Source: Neocallimastix sp. 'constans'
Taxonomy: Eukaryota
DNA length: 64,000 bases
Assembly: GCA_050613775.1 (NCBI GenBank)
Contig: JBODTK010000115.1
Location: forward strand, 62,001 to 126,000
Direction: 5' to 3'
This document shows positions 52,945 to 63,656 of this stretch, one piece after another (within the stretch, counting starts at the first letter, position 1; every line of letters starts with the position of its first letter). The translations under genes and the position numbers were made by a program. The notes beneath the pieces were generated by a model that was not told where the DNA came from, made no database searches, and saw nothing but the letters and a program-made list of their open reading frames with translations.

Positions 52945-53806
52945 AAAAAAAGAAAAAAAAAAGAAAAAAAGTTACCTTTAATTAGAAGAAAACTTAAATT
53001 CTTAATATTAAAATATTAAATATATATATATTATAGTATCAAAGAAAAAAAAATTTAAAAAAAAAAAAAAAAAAAAATTGGTTATTCTTTTATTAAAATG
53101 TTTCCTATTATTATGTTTGCTTTTTTTTTTTTTTTTTTTTTTTTTATTGGTCATATCAAAAATATATAAAGTTTATAATTAAATATATATTTTTCTTTAG
53201 TCTATTTTGTCCCATTTTTAACGTTTTACTATTCATAATAATTAATAGAAAATAGAATAAATAGAAAATTTATTCATAGAGTATAAATTTTATTTATTAT
53301 TGAAATATTTATATAAAATTTGGTTGTTACAAATGCAAGAAATATAAATATAATATCTTTATTTATTTCTTATTAAATGAAATTTTAATATTATTTAAAT
53401 TAATTCACAATTATTTAAATTTTAAAATTATGATATGAAATTAAAAAAATAAAATTTTAAATTTATTAATTTACATAATATAACAAAAAAAAATTAAAAA
53501 TTATTAATTTGATAGAAAACTCTTTAATGGTTCGAATATTTCTTGAGAAGTTTTATTCTATTTATGATTATATGAAATTAATGTTTGTTAAATTGAAAAT
53601 ATAGAAGAAATTAGTAAATAAATTTGGCACAAAACTTTTGAAAAGAATATTTATATAGAATTATTCCTATTTTTATATTCTTAATTCTTTATAAACTATT
53701 TAATTAATTAATTTATTTTTATATTCTTGATTCAGTAAAAACTAATTAATTAATTAATTTATAAAGAATTATTCATATTTTTATATTCTTAATTCATTAA
53801 AAACTA

Positions 53807-54190
53807 TTAAAGTATTTCATATAAAAGTATAAAATAAAATATATATTATAATAAAATATTAAAAATAAAATATTAAAAATAAAATATTAAAAATAAAATA
53901 TTAATAATATAAAAAATTATAAAATATAATTAATAATATAAAAAATTATAAAATATAATTAAAGTATTTCATATAAAAGTATAAAATAAAATATATATTA
54001 TAATAAAATATTAAAAATAAAATATTAAAAATAAAATATTAAAAATAAAATATTAATAATATAAAAAATTATAAAATATAATTAAAGTATTTCATATAAA
54101 AGTATAAAATAAAATATATATTATAATAAAATATTAAAAATAAAATATTAAAAATAAAATATTAGTAATATAAAAAATTATAAAATATAA
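53807..54190. repeat. ~122-150-bp tandem repeat x3 adjacent to the copia insertion
   Basis: ATTAAAGTATTTCATATAAAAGTATAAAATAAAATATATATT begins at ~53807, 53958 and 54081. Confidence 0.85.
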
Positions 54191-54492
54191 AATATTAATA
54201 TAAAATAATTAAATATTAATATAAAATATGTCAATGAGTGAAGCTCAGATTAATTATTTTATATTATATATTTTATTTATTTAATAATATTTTATTAATA
54301 AAGAAGAATCATTTTCTAAATAATAATTATTACATGTATTTTATATTAATTTTATTTTATAATAAAGCATAATGTATAATTTTATTTACTATATTTTAAC
54401 ATTCCCCCTACATTATGTCTTTATTAGAACTATTTTATTTTATTAATTTTTTATTTTTATTTTATTTTTTTTTTTTTTTTTTATATTATATT

Positions 54493-57400
54493 TTAATTAT
54501 CAAAAATTATATCGTTAAATTTCTTAATGTTAATACCGAATACTGGTTTTGTTAAAGGATCAGCTAACATATCATTTGTGCTAATATATTCTAATTTTAT
54601 ATTCTTTTCTTTTATTTTTTCTTGAATAAATTTATATCTAGTATCAATATGTTTGCATCTACCTTTAGCATTTTCATCTTCAGCTATTGCTATATAAGCT
54701 TTATTATCTACTTTTATTTTTATTAAGACATTCCTATTAGTTATTTCTTCGAATAAATTTTTTAACCATATTCCATGTTTTGCGCATTCAGTAAGACTAA
54801 CAAATTCAGCTTCAGCTGTTGATAATGTAACATTTCTTTGAATTTGTGATTTCCAGGAAATTGGACTATTTCCAAGTAAGAATATATATCCACTTACAGA
54901 TCTTCTAGTGGCTTCATCATTAGCGTAATCAGCATCTGAAAATCCAACTAATCTATTTTTTCCATTATAGTATATTGATTTATTTATTGTAGATTTTAAA
55001 TATTGTAATATCAGTAGCAATGCTTTATAGTCTATAGTTGTTGGATGTTCACAATTTCTTGATGCTTGGTTAACTGCATATGTAATGTCTGGTCTAGATT
55101 TTATTGCAATATATAATAATGAACCTAAAAGTGATTTATATTTTCCAACATCTACAGGTTTTGCATTTTTTCTTTCTTCATTTGAAATTTTTCTACATGG
55201 ATATTTAATTATTTTAGTTTTATTCATATTATAATTATTAATAATTTTATTTATATAATCTTCTTGATTTATTTTATAACCATCTTTAGTTTTATAAATA
55301 TTTATTCCAATAATTTTTCTGGCATCAGATTCTTTTGAAATTGTATATTTATTTTTTAATTTCTTAATTATATTTTTGATTTCATAATCTTCACCAGTTA
55401 TTAAAATGTCATCAACGTATAATGTTAATAACCCTATTAATTTATTTCCTTTATTATATTTTCCAAATAAGCATTTGTCTGATTTATATTGTTTAAAGCC
55501 GATTGACTTTAAATAATTAGTGATTTCTTCATTCCACATACGTCCAGCCTGTTTTAAACCATATAGTGCTTTTTTCAGCAACCATACTTTATTTTTATTA
55601 TAATTTTTATCTCCTTTTGGAATTTTAACATAAATTGTTTCATTAAGGTCAGCATTTAAATATGCCGCTTTTATGTCTAATTGTTTTAAATTCCATTTAT
55701 TTATTGAAGCTATTGCGATGGTAATTCTTAAACTATCAGATTGTGCTGTAGGTGAATATGTTGAAATAAAATCTTCACCTTCCTTTTGCTGACAACCTTT
55801 TGCTACTAATCGGGCTTTTTTAGTATTATCATTTTTTATTGCTAAAACCCATCTTGTATCTATAATATTTGTATTTTTTGGTATATCATTAATATTGACT
55901 ACCATCATTACATTTTTATCATACATATCTTTAATTTCATTTTTTATAGCTATGTTCCATTCTTTTGAATCTTTTGAAATCATAGCTTCTTCATATGTAC
56001 TTGGACATTGTGTCATAATATTGAAAATTTTATGTTTTTTATTAATGTTTTTATTTTTGGATAATATTTCTTTTCTTATATTTAATGTTTGGGTGTCTGA
56101 TTCATCGCCTGAGTCTTCATCATCTTGAATTCTTCTTTTTTTATTAATATCGCTATCTGAAAAATTGTTAATATTTTTTATATTATTGTTTATATTGTTA
56201 TTATTATCATTAATATTATTATCATCAATATTATTATTATTATAATTGATATTATTATTATTATTATTGATATTATTATTATTATTATTATTATTATTGA
56301 TATTATTATTATTATTATTGATATTATTATTATTATTATTGATATTATTATTATTATTATTATTGATATTATTATTATTATAATTATTGATATTAGAATT
56401 TGTCGATTGTATATTTGCACTTTCCCCCTCAATCGATAAATTTGAGTAAATGAATAAAGAATCAATAGTTTTCGATGAGAAAAAGGAAGTGTCAATAGTA
56501 CCAGGAATATCTTCCATGAAATAAACATCTCTAGCAGTAATGATAGAGTTTGTAGAAATATCTAAAATTCGGTACCCAGAAGAATTTTCAGGATAACCAA
56601 GAAAAATACCTTGTTTCGAATTATTTTCAAATTTATTTGTTTTATGGTTATTAAAGAAAAATGCTTTACAACCGAATACTTTAAAATGAGAAATATCAAC
56701 AGGTTTATTAAAGAATAGTTCATTAGGAATTTTAAAATTAATACTAGAATGAGGATTTGAATTATATAAGAAGGCAGCACATTGAACGGCAGAATCCCAA
56801 AAATAAAGAGGTAATTTAGCAGAATTTAAAAGTGTTTTAGCACAATTATTTATTGTTTGATTTAACCGTTCAGCATGACCATTTTGTTGAGGATATCCAG
56901 GAATAGAGTGAATAAATTTAATTCCGTGATTATTTAAAAACGAAATAACATTTTTATTTATGTATTCAGTTCCATTATCAGATTTAAAAGTTTTAATTTG
57001 AATATTATATAAGTTCGAAGTTAATTTATAAAATTCAACAAATTTATCATAGACATCTGATTTATTTTTTAAAAGATAAATCCAACATTTGCGAGAAAAA
57101 TCATCTAGAAAAGTTAGGTAGTAGTTATATCCTTGAAATGAAGTTTCTAGTTTACCCACAACATCAGTGTGAACCAATTCTAAAGGTTCAGTTGTGAAAG
57201 AATCAGAAGCAGAAAAAGATTTTCTCCTCAATTTACTGATTTTGCATTTAGGACATTCTTTTTTATTGTGAAAAGAAGTATGCTTAATAATAAATTCTTT
57301 AATATTGTTATAATTATTGAAATGTCCTAACCTTGAATGCCAAAGTGAATAATCTACATTGTGAATATTAAATTTTGAATAATTGTCATAATTATTACTT

Positions 57401-58986
57401 TGAATATCAACATTAATATTATTGATATTTGAAATAGTATTAAATGTAAATAAATTTTCATCATTTGCATAAATATTGGCGATTATATTATTATCTTTAT
57501 TAATTATTTGTAATCTATCTTTTTTATTGATATTTTCCATAACTATTTTATTGCCAAGACTTAAGATATGATATGTTGAGATTAGATTGTTTTTAATGTT
57601 TGGTGCAAAATGGACATTTGATAATTTGAATTTATTATTCTTGAAACTTCCATAATATGTACCAGAACAATTTATTTTATCAGTGGTACCATTTGGATAA
57701 ATTATTGTTTTATCATTAGAATTTTGAATATTATTTAGTTGGCTTATGTTGTTGGTTAAATTTAATCCTGTACCACTATCTATAATCCATGTTGTATATT
57801 TATTATTTGTTTTTAAATTGTTACATTTAATATTGTTTTTTAATACAGATATATTTCCGGTAAAGTTAATGTAATCATCATTTGTGTCTGATGAATACTC
57901 TGAATTATTTTCATTTATCTTATAAGAGTGAAATTTATTTTTGTTGTTAATATTATTTTTATTATTATTATATTTATTTATTGTATTTTTATTTTTATTA
58001 TTTTTATTGAATGGATTATAATAACATTTTTCTATAATATGACCATCTTTTTTACATAGGAGACAGTGTTTGCTTTTTATATTTTTATTGTTTTTATTTC
58101 TTGAATTATTAGGTTTATTTTGATTATTATTATTTTTGTATATAGTTTGCTTGCTATTATTTGAAATATAATTAATTTTATTATTTTCATTATTATTTTC
58201 ATTATTATTTTCATTATTATTATTAATTTGAGTGTTAAGATAATTGTTGATTCTTTCTTCATGATTTCTCATTTTTTGCAAATCATCATAAAGTTCATTA
58301 AATTTTTTATATTTGTAAGTTAATGTAAAATTAAATCCAATGTTTTTTAATTTGGCGCAAGCATAAATAATTTTACTTTCTTCAGTTAGTTTGTTTTTAT
58401 TTAGTTTGACACATTCTATATCATATTGTTCAAATAGATTTTTTAATTCATTGAGATATAGAATATAATTATTATTATTAATTTCTAAAATTTTGATTTT
58501 TTGCATTAATAAATTTAATAAGGATTCTCCTGATTTGTAGAATTGTTTTTTAAGTCTATCAATCATTTGATATGCAGTCCTACAACCTTTTAGATAAGCC
58601 TTTGTTTCTAAGTCTAAGCTACCAGATATTATTGATTGAACTGCGTTATCATATTTTATTTGCTTTCTAGTCATGTCATCATACACAAATTCTTTTTCAA
58701 TATATTCGTCGTAATCTTGTGCAATTAGATGACGTTTTAATTCAATAAACCAATCTTCAAAATTTGAGGTATTTAATTTAAAATCTTTGTAATTAAATAC
58801 GGATTTAATTAATAAATCTTTATAGACATAATTTTGAAATAAAATTTCATTTTGAGGAACATTATCCTCTTCTTTATTAATATTTTCATTTTTATTCATA
58901 GTAGGGGTTGATGAAGAGGAAGTGAAACTAACTTCGGAGATTTCTGTTTCTTGAGTTCTTTTTCTTCCCATGATTTTAAACATCAA
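54493..58986 (-). CDS. Copia gag-pol polyprotein, 1497 aa (Gag-PR-IN-RT-RH)
   Basis: CCHC knuckle CLLCKKDGHIIEKC; protease IIDSG; WHSRLGH/CPKC; integrase HTD, SDNGTE, NGHAER; RT LDIKAAYLN, YVDD; RNase H SDAD, AEAE, DN, LADPLTK. Confidence 0.98.
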   Translation of the reverse strand: MMFKIMGRKRTQETEISEVSFTSSSSTPTMNKNENINKEEDNVPQNEILFQNYVYKDLLIKSVFNYKDFKLNTSNFEDWFIELKRHLIAQDYDEYIEKEFVYDDMTRKQIKYDNAVQSIISGSLDLETKAYLKGCRTAYQMIDRLKKQFYKSGESLLNLLMQKIKILEINNNNYILYLNELKNLFEQYDIECVKLNKNKLTEESKIIYACAKLKNIGFNFTLTYKYKKFNELYDDLQKMRNHEERINNYLNTQINNNNENNNENNNENNKINYISNNSKQTIYKNNNNQNKPNNSRNKNNKNIKSKHCLLCKKDGHIIEKCYYNPFNKNNKNKNTINKYNNNKNNINNKNKFHSYKINENNSEYSSDTNDDYINFTGNISVLKNNIKCNNLKTNNKYTTWIIDSGTGLNLTNNISQLNNIQNSNDKTIIYPNGTTDKINCSGTYYGSFKNNKFKLSNVHFAPNIKNNLISTYHILSLGNKIVMENINKKDRLQIINKDNNIIANIYANDENLFTFNTISNINNINVDIQSNNYDNYSKFNIHNVDYSLWHSRLGHFNNYNNIKEFIIKHTSFHNKKECPKCKISKLRRKSFSASDSFTTEPLELVHTDVVGKLETSFQGYNYYLTFLDDFSRKCWIYLLKNKSDVYDKFVEFYKLTSNLYNIQIKTFKSDNGTEYINKNVISFLNNHGIKFIHSIPGYPQQNGHAERLNQTINNCAKTLLNSAKLPLYFWDSAVQCAAFLYNSNPHSSINFKIPNELFFNKPVDISHFKVFGCKAFFFNNHKTNKFENNSKQGIFLGYPENSSGYRILDISTNSIITARDVYFMEDIPGTIDTSFFSSKTIDSLFIYSNLSIEGESANIQSTNSNINNYNNNNINNNNNNNINNNNNNINNNNNNINNNNNNNNNINNNNNNINYNNNNIDDNNINDNNNNINNNIKNINNFSDSDINKKRRIQDDEDSGDESDTQTLNIRKEILSKNKNINKKHKIFNIMTQCPSTYEEAMISKDSKEWNIAIKNEIKDMYDKNVMMVVNINDIPKNTNIIDTRWVLAIKNDNTKKARLVAKGCQQKEGEDFISTYSPTAQSDSLRITIAIASINKWNLKQLDIKAAYLNADLNETIYVKIPKGDKNYNKNKVWLLKKALYGLKQAGRMWNEEITNYLKSIGFKQYKSDKCLFGKYNKGNKLIGLLTLYVDDILITGEDYEIKNIIKKLKNKYTISKESDARKIIGINIYKTKDGYKINQEDYINKIINNYNMNKTKIIKYPCRKISNEERKNAKPVDVGKYKSLLGSLLYIAIKSRPDITYAVNQASRNCEHPTTIDYKALLLILQYLKSTINKSIYYNGKNRLVGFSDADYANDEATRRSVSGYIFLLGNSPISWKSQIQRNVTLSTAEAEFVSLTECAKHGIWLKNLFEEITNRNVLIKIKVDNKAYIAIAEDENAKGRCKHIDTRYKFIQEKIKEKNIKLEYISTNDMLADPLTKPVFGINIKKFNDIIFDN

Positions 58987-59134
58987 ATTTTTAATAAAAT
59001 TTTATTTATTTACTTTTATATTTAATTATTTAATAAATTAATTATATATTTATTTATTTTATAAAATAAATTTAAATTTGAATATAGTAATTTTTAAAAA
59101 TATAATATTATATAAATATATTTATGGTCTCTTT

Positions 59135-59150
59135 CATGAGACTCTTAATC
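59135..59150 (-). promoter_or_regulatory. PBS complementary to the anticodon arm (5' half) of tRNA-Lys(CUU)
   Basis: The minus strand reads GATTAAGAGTCTCATG immediately after the 5' LTR. Its complement CATGAGACTCTTAATC equals positions 25-40 of the conserved eukaryotic tRNA-Lys(CUU) sequence as I recall it. Confidence 0.8.
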
Positions 59151-60944
59151 TGTCAATGAGTGAAGCTCAGATTAATTATTTTATATTATATATTTTATTT
59201 ATTTAATAATATTTTATTAATAAAGAAGAATCATTTTCTAAATAATAATTATTACATGTATTTTATATTAATTTTATTTTATAATAAAGCATAATGTATA
59301 ATTTTATTTACTATATTTTAACAAAATAATTATTATTTAAATAGTTAAAAATATAATAAAATAAAATATTAATATAAAAATAATATAAAAATAATATAAA
59401 AATAATAAAATAGAAATTTATAAATTATTTTCAATTTTCAATTTTTTTTTTTTTTTTAACGACCGTAGCAGGATTTCTCCCCAGCTGCACATCCGTAGAC
59501 ACACAATGGTTTATTGCTAGAGCTCTTATCTAACTTCCTACTTAGTAGGTGGTCCCGTCCCTGCTGGACTGCCTTACAGTTACTCTGCTTCAACGTAACA
59601 TAAAATTTTATGTTATTAATTTTATGTTGACATTAATTTTCATGTTCTTGTATAATTTTATGTTTTTACATAATTTTATTTTTATCACGTTTAATTTATG
59701 TCAGTCACGTAATTTCAAATGATTTATTAAGTTACTTTTATGTAAATGATTAATAAATAATTTTTAATAATAAATAAAGTTTTTATTGTCATTTTATATC
59801 ATAATTCACAATTAATAATGAAAAAACCATTAATTTACAAATTAATAATAATATAAAAAATTAAAATTAGTAATTCACAATTAATAATATTAACGATAAT
59901 CATATTAAAAACATTCTTTTTATAATAAATTAATTTTATTATTAATTTTTATTTCACTTTAATAAAAGCTACCAATACCAGCATTAATTTAAGTATTTTT
60001 TATATATTTTATTTTTTTTAATAACAAACTTCAAATTAGGTTTTTCCAAATATAATTATTTATTAGAAGAAATATAATTATATCATTTTTATGAGAGTTT
60101 CTTACAATAAAGATTTACAAATTTAGAAAATTACATGTAAATTTTGAACCAGGGAAGCTAGTACGTAACTAAATGGGTTAGGTTATACTGACTTCGCTTA
60201 AAAGGAAAATATGAACTGAAGAAGTAGTTCTAGTAAAATTCTCAGTAATAATATGCATGTCAGATCGTGCTAAAACACTCAGTAAGATCGTCCGGTTACG
60301 GACAATTTTATATTTATAAGAAGGAACTGTGTGATTTCCTCAATATTCCCACTACTCCTGAAGGGGGGCTGAAACCAAGAAAGGTTCACACCGGAAATAA
60401 AATAAAATAAAAAAAATATATATATATATATAAAAAAAAAAGAAAAATATGTATTTATACTAAATGGGACTCATTAAATTTGATAATCTATCTATACCAA
60501 ACGACTGTATCATTATTACAAATGGATAATCATCATATTATAACAATGTAAAAGTTTATAAAAATAAAAACTAGAACACACATTAAAATCTCGTTATGTA
60601 AAATAATAAAATAATAAATTTTTAGTTTATTTTAAATTAATTTTCTTTATATCTATATCAAAATGTAAATTTATAATTATATTTAAATATATATTTTTCT
60701 TTAGTTTATTTTGTACATTTTTACTTTTTACTATTCATAATAATATATATAATAATAATTATAAAGCTAATGTCTTTTAAAATAAAACTATTTATCAATG
60801 TAAAGAAAAAAGAAATAAATAACTATATTAAAAAATAAAAAAAAATTTTTTTATAAGAAATTTATGATTATTACTTATAATAATTATTGTTATAAAAATT
60901 TAACAATAATTATTATATTTTTACATGTATATTCACATTATAAT

Positions 60945-61391
60945 TTACTCATTTTCTTCTTCTTCTTCTGGATATGGAATGTTGAAGTATTCTCTTATTT
61001 CTTCAACAGTTTTACCTTTGATATTATTAGCAATATGTCTGCAAGTTAAATTAAAGAGATTCTTAATATTTAAAAAGTTAGCAGCTAGAGCAGTATCAAA
61101 TAAATCTTCTTTAGTGGTGAATCTTTCTAAGTATTCACTATCCCATACATCTTTATTCTCATCATCATCATAATCATATTCATCAATTTTATCATCACGA
61201 TGGTGTTCACAGTATTCAATAACTTTTTCTAAAATATTACCTGTAATATCTGAAAGTGGAATATTTTCATTTTCATTTTCATTAACATATTCTAATTTTT
61301 CTCTTAAAAGTTCTGATTGCATACCAACTTTTTTATCGATTGTGAAGACACTACCATCAAGAGATATTAAATTTACTTTGATTTCAGTCAT
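60945..61391 (-). CDS. Intronless divergent Skp1 paralog, 148 aa
   Basis: ILEKVIEYCEHH, WDSEY and LAANFLNIKNLFNLTCRHIANNIKGKTVEEIREYFNI, with a shortened C-terminus. Confidence 0.92.
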   Translation of the reverse strand: MTEIKVNLISLDGSVFTIDKKVGMQSELLREKLEYVNENENENIPLSDITGNILEKVIEYCEHHRDDKIDEYDYDDDENKDVWDSEYLERFTTKEDLFDTALAANFLNIKNLFNLTCRHIANNIKGKTVEEIREYFNIPYPEEEEENE

Positions 61392-61545
61392 CTTGATTTT
61401 ACTTTTTCTTTAAATTTTTATACAATATTTATGAAATATAAATCAATTAATATAACAAAAAATATTTAATATTTTAAACTTTAAATATAAGAAACTTTAA
61501 TTCTTGATAATAAAATATTAAATGAATATTTATATATATTTATAG

Positions 61546-61587
<42 letters not shown>

Positions 61588-61632
61588 TTACTTTTATATT
61601 AAAATCAATTAAAATATAATTTATTATTAGTA

Positions 61633-61669
<37 letters not shown>

Positions 61670-62389
61670 GGACATAACAATAGGAAAGGTTTGAACATTT
61701 TAATATAAATGTAACAAAAAAAAAAATTTTTTTTTTTTTTTTTTGTAATTCTATAAATATATATATATATGTAATGTTTAATATTTTATTGTTATGTCCG
61801 TTTTATATATATATATATTTCTAATAATAAATTATATTTTAATTGATTTTAATAATAAATTTATATGTAAATATATTATTACAATGTTCACTTTTACTTT
61901 TTATTGTTCATAATAATTTACGTATAATAATTAAAAAAGTTAAGTTCCAAAATAATAAAAGTAATAATAATTATTTTTTTCAGTTTTAAAAAAAATTTTT
62001 AGTACTTAAAAATTTCAATTCCAAAATATTTTTTCAGATCCAAAAAAAAATTTTCAAGTCCTTAAATTTTCAGTTTTAAAGTAATTTATGTCTTAAAAAA
62101 TTTTAATTCTAAAATATTTCAGTTCCAAAAAAATTTAAGTTCCAAAAAAATTTCAGTTCCAAAAAAATTTCAGTTCCAAAAAAATTTAATTCAATAATAA
62201 TATTATTTTTATAAATTATAGTTCAATGTTAAATAATTCCAAAAATAATTGTTTTTTCAGTTCTAAAAATAAATTTAGAACATAAAATTTTCAATTCCAT
62301 AATATTTTTCATGTCTTCTAAAATAAAACTATTTACCAATATGAATACTAAAAAAAAAATATAATATAATATAATAAAATAAAATAAAA

Positions 62390-62745
62390 TAAATAGAAGA
62401 ATATGAATATAAAGTACAGATTGAATAAAATAAAATAAATAGTAGAATATGAATATAAAGTACATATTGAATAAAATAAAATAAATATTAGAATATGAAT
62501 ATAAAGTACAGATTGAATAAAATAAAATAAATAGTAGAATATGAATATAAAGTACAGATTGAATAAAATAAATAGTAGAATATGAATATAAAGTACAGAT
62601 TGAATAAAATAAATAGTAGAATATGAATATAATGTACAGATTGAATAAAATAAAATATATAGTAGAATATGAATATAAAGTACAGATTGAATAAAATAAA
62701 ATAAAATAAATATATAAATATAAAGTGCAGATTGAATAAAATAAA
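62390..62745. repeat. 38-43-bp minisatellite, ~8 copies
   Basis: GAATATGAATATAAAGTACAGATTGAATAAAATAAA(ATAAA)TAGTA units. Confidence 0.9.
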
Positions 62746-63656
62746 AGGAAAGGAAAGGAAAAAGGATTAAATATATTAAAATAGATAAATTATTAAATTT
62801 ATATTGATTCCATAAAAATAAAAATAATTTAAAATAATGTAAAATGAAATATGTTAAATAAATTATTAAATTTATATTGATTCCATAAAAATAAAAATAA
62901 CTTAAAATAATGTAAAATGAAATATGTTAAATAAAAATTAATAAAGAAATTTAAAAATTTAAACTATAAATATTTTTTATTATATTAATTTATAAACATT
63001 GATAAATTTCTTCTCCAAACACTCTTATTTAAAGAAAATTTTATAGAAACGAAATAACTTTATTATTTCGATAAAGTATTTGTAAAGTGACTTTTATTAT
63101 TTATATTTATCCTTTAAATATAAATAATAGTTTTTAATATATTTAACATAAACTTCAAATAAAATATATAATAAATTTATAAACAACACTAATAATTAAT
63201 AAACACGTATTACTAATTATACTAGTTAGTTTTATAAATATTATTTGTTAATATTAATATTTCATTATCAGATTTCCTCTTTTCTTTTCTTTTGTTGAAT
63301 TTTCTTCTCTTCTTCAAAATAAACTTAAGTTGACTTATATTTTATTATTATTATTATAGAACAAAAGTCGAAATTGTTTCTACGGTTTAATATATATTTT
63401 TAAAATATTTATAACTTCTTAATAAACTTAGATTAATATTAAAATTTTAATCCTATCTTACTTGAATAAAATTTTTATATATTAATTTAATTCATTAAAA
63501 AATTATATTTTATTAATTAAATTAATTATTTTTTTTTTATTATACATTTTATATTTTTATTGATATATGTATCTTTTATATTTTTATTTTTATTTTTATT
63601 TTTATCCTTTTTATTTTTGTTTTTATTTTTATTTTTATCCCTTTTAAATAATGAAA

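Larger units (their letters stand above)
54229..59323 (-). mobile_element. Intact Ty1/copia LTR retrotransposon
   Basis: 173-bp LTRs at 54229-54401 and 59151-59323 (TG...CA, identical by eye), 5-bp TSD AAATA, PPT at 54402-54409, PBS at 59135-59150, and a single open gag-pol. Confidence 0.98.

Noticed and set aside
59135..59150. tRNA-Lys gene
   Set aside because: Only the anticodon-arm 16-mer is present, with no D arm, T arm or acceptor stem, so it is interpreted as a PBS.
60357..60395. Hammerhead-like CTGAAGG...GAAAC...GGTTC
   Set aside because: The core deviates from CUGANGA, and stems I and II cannot be paired convincingly.
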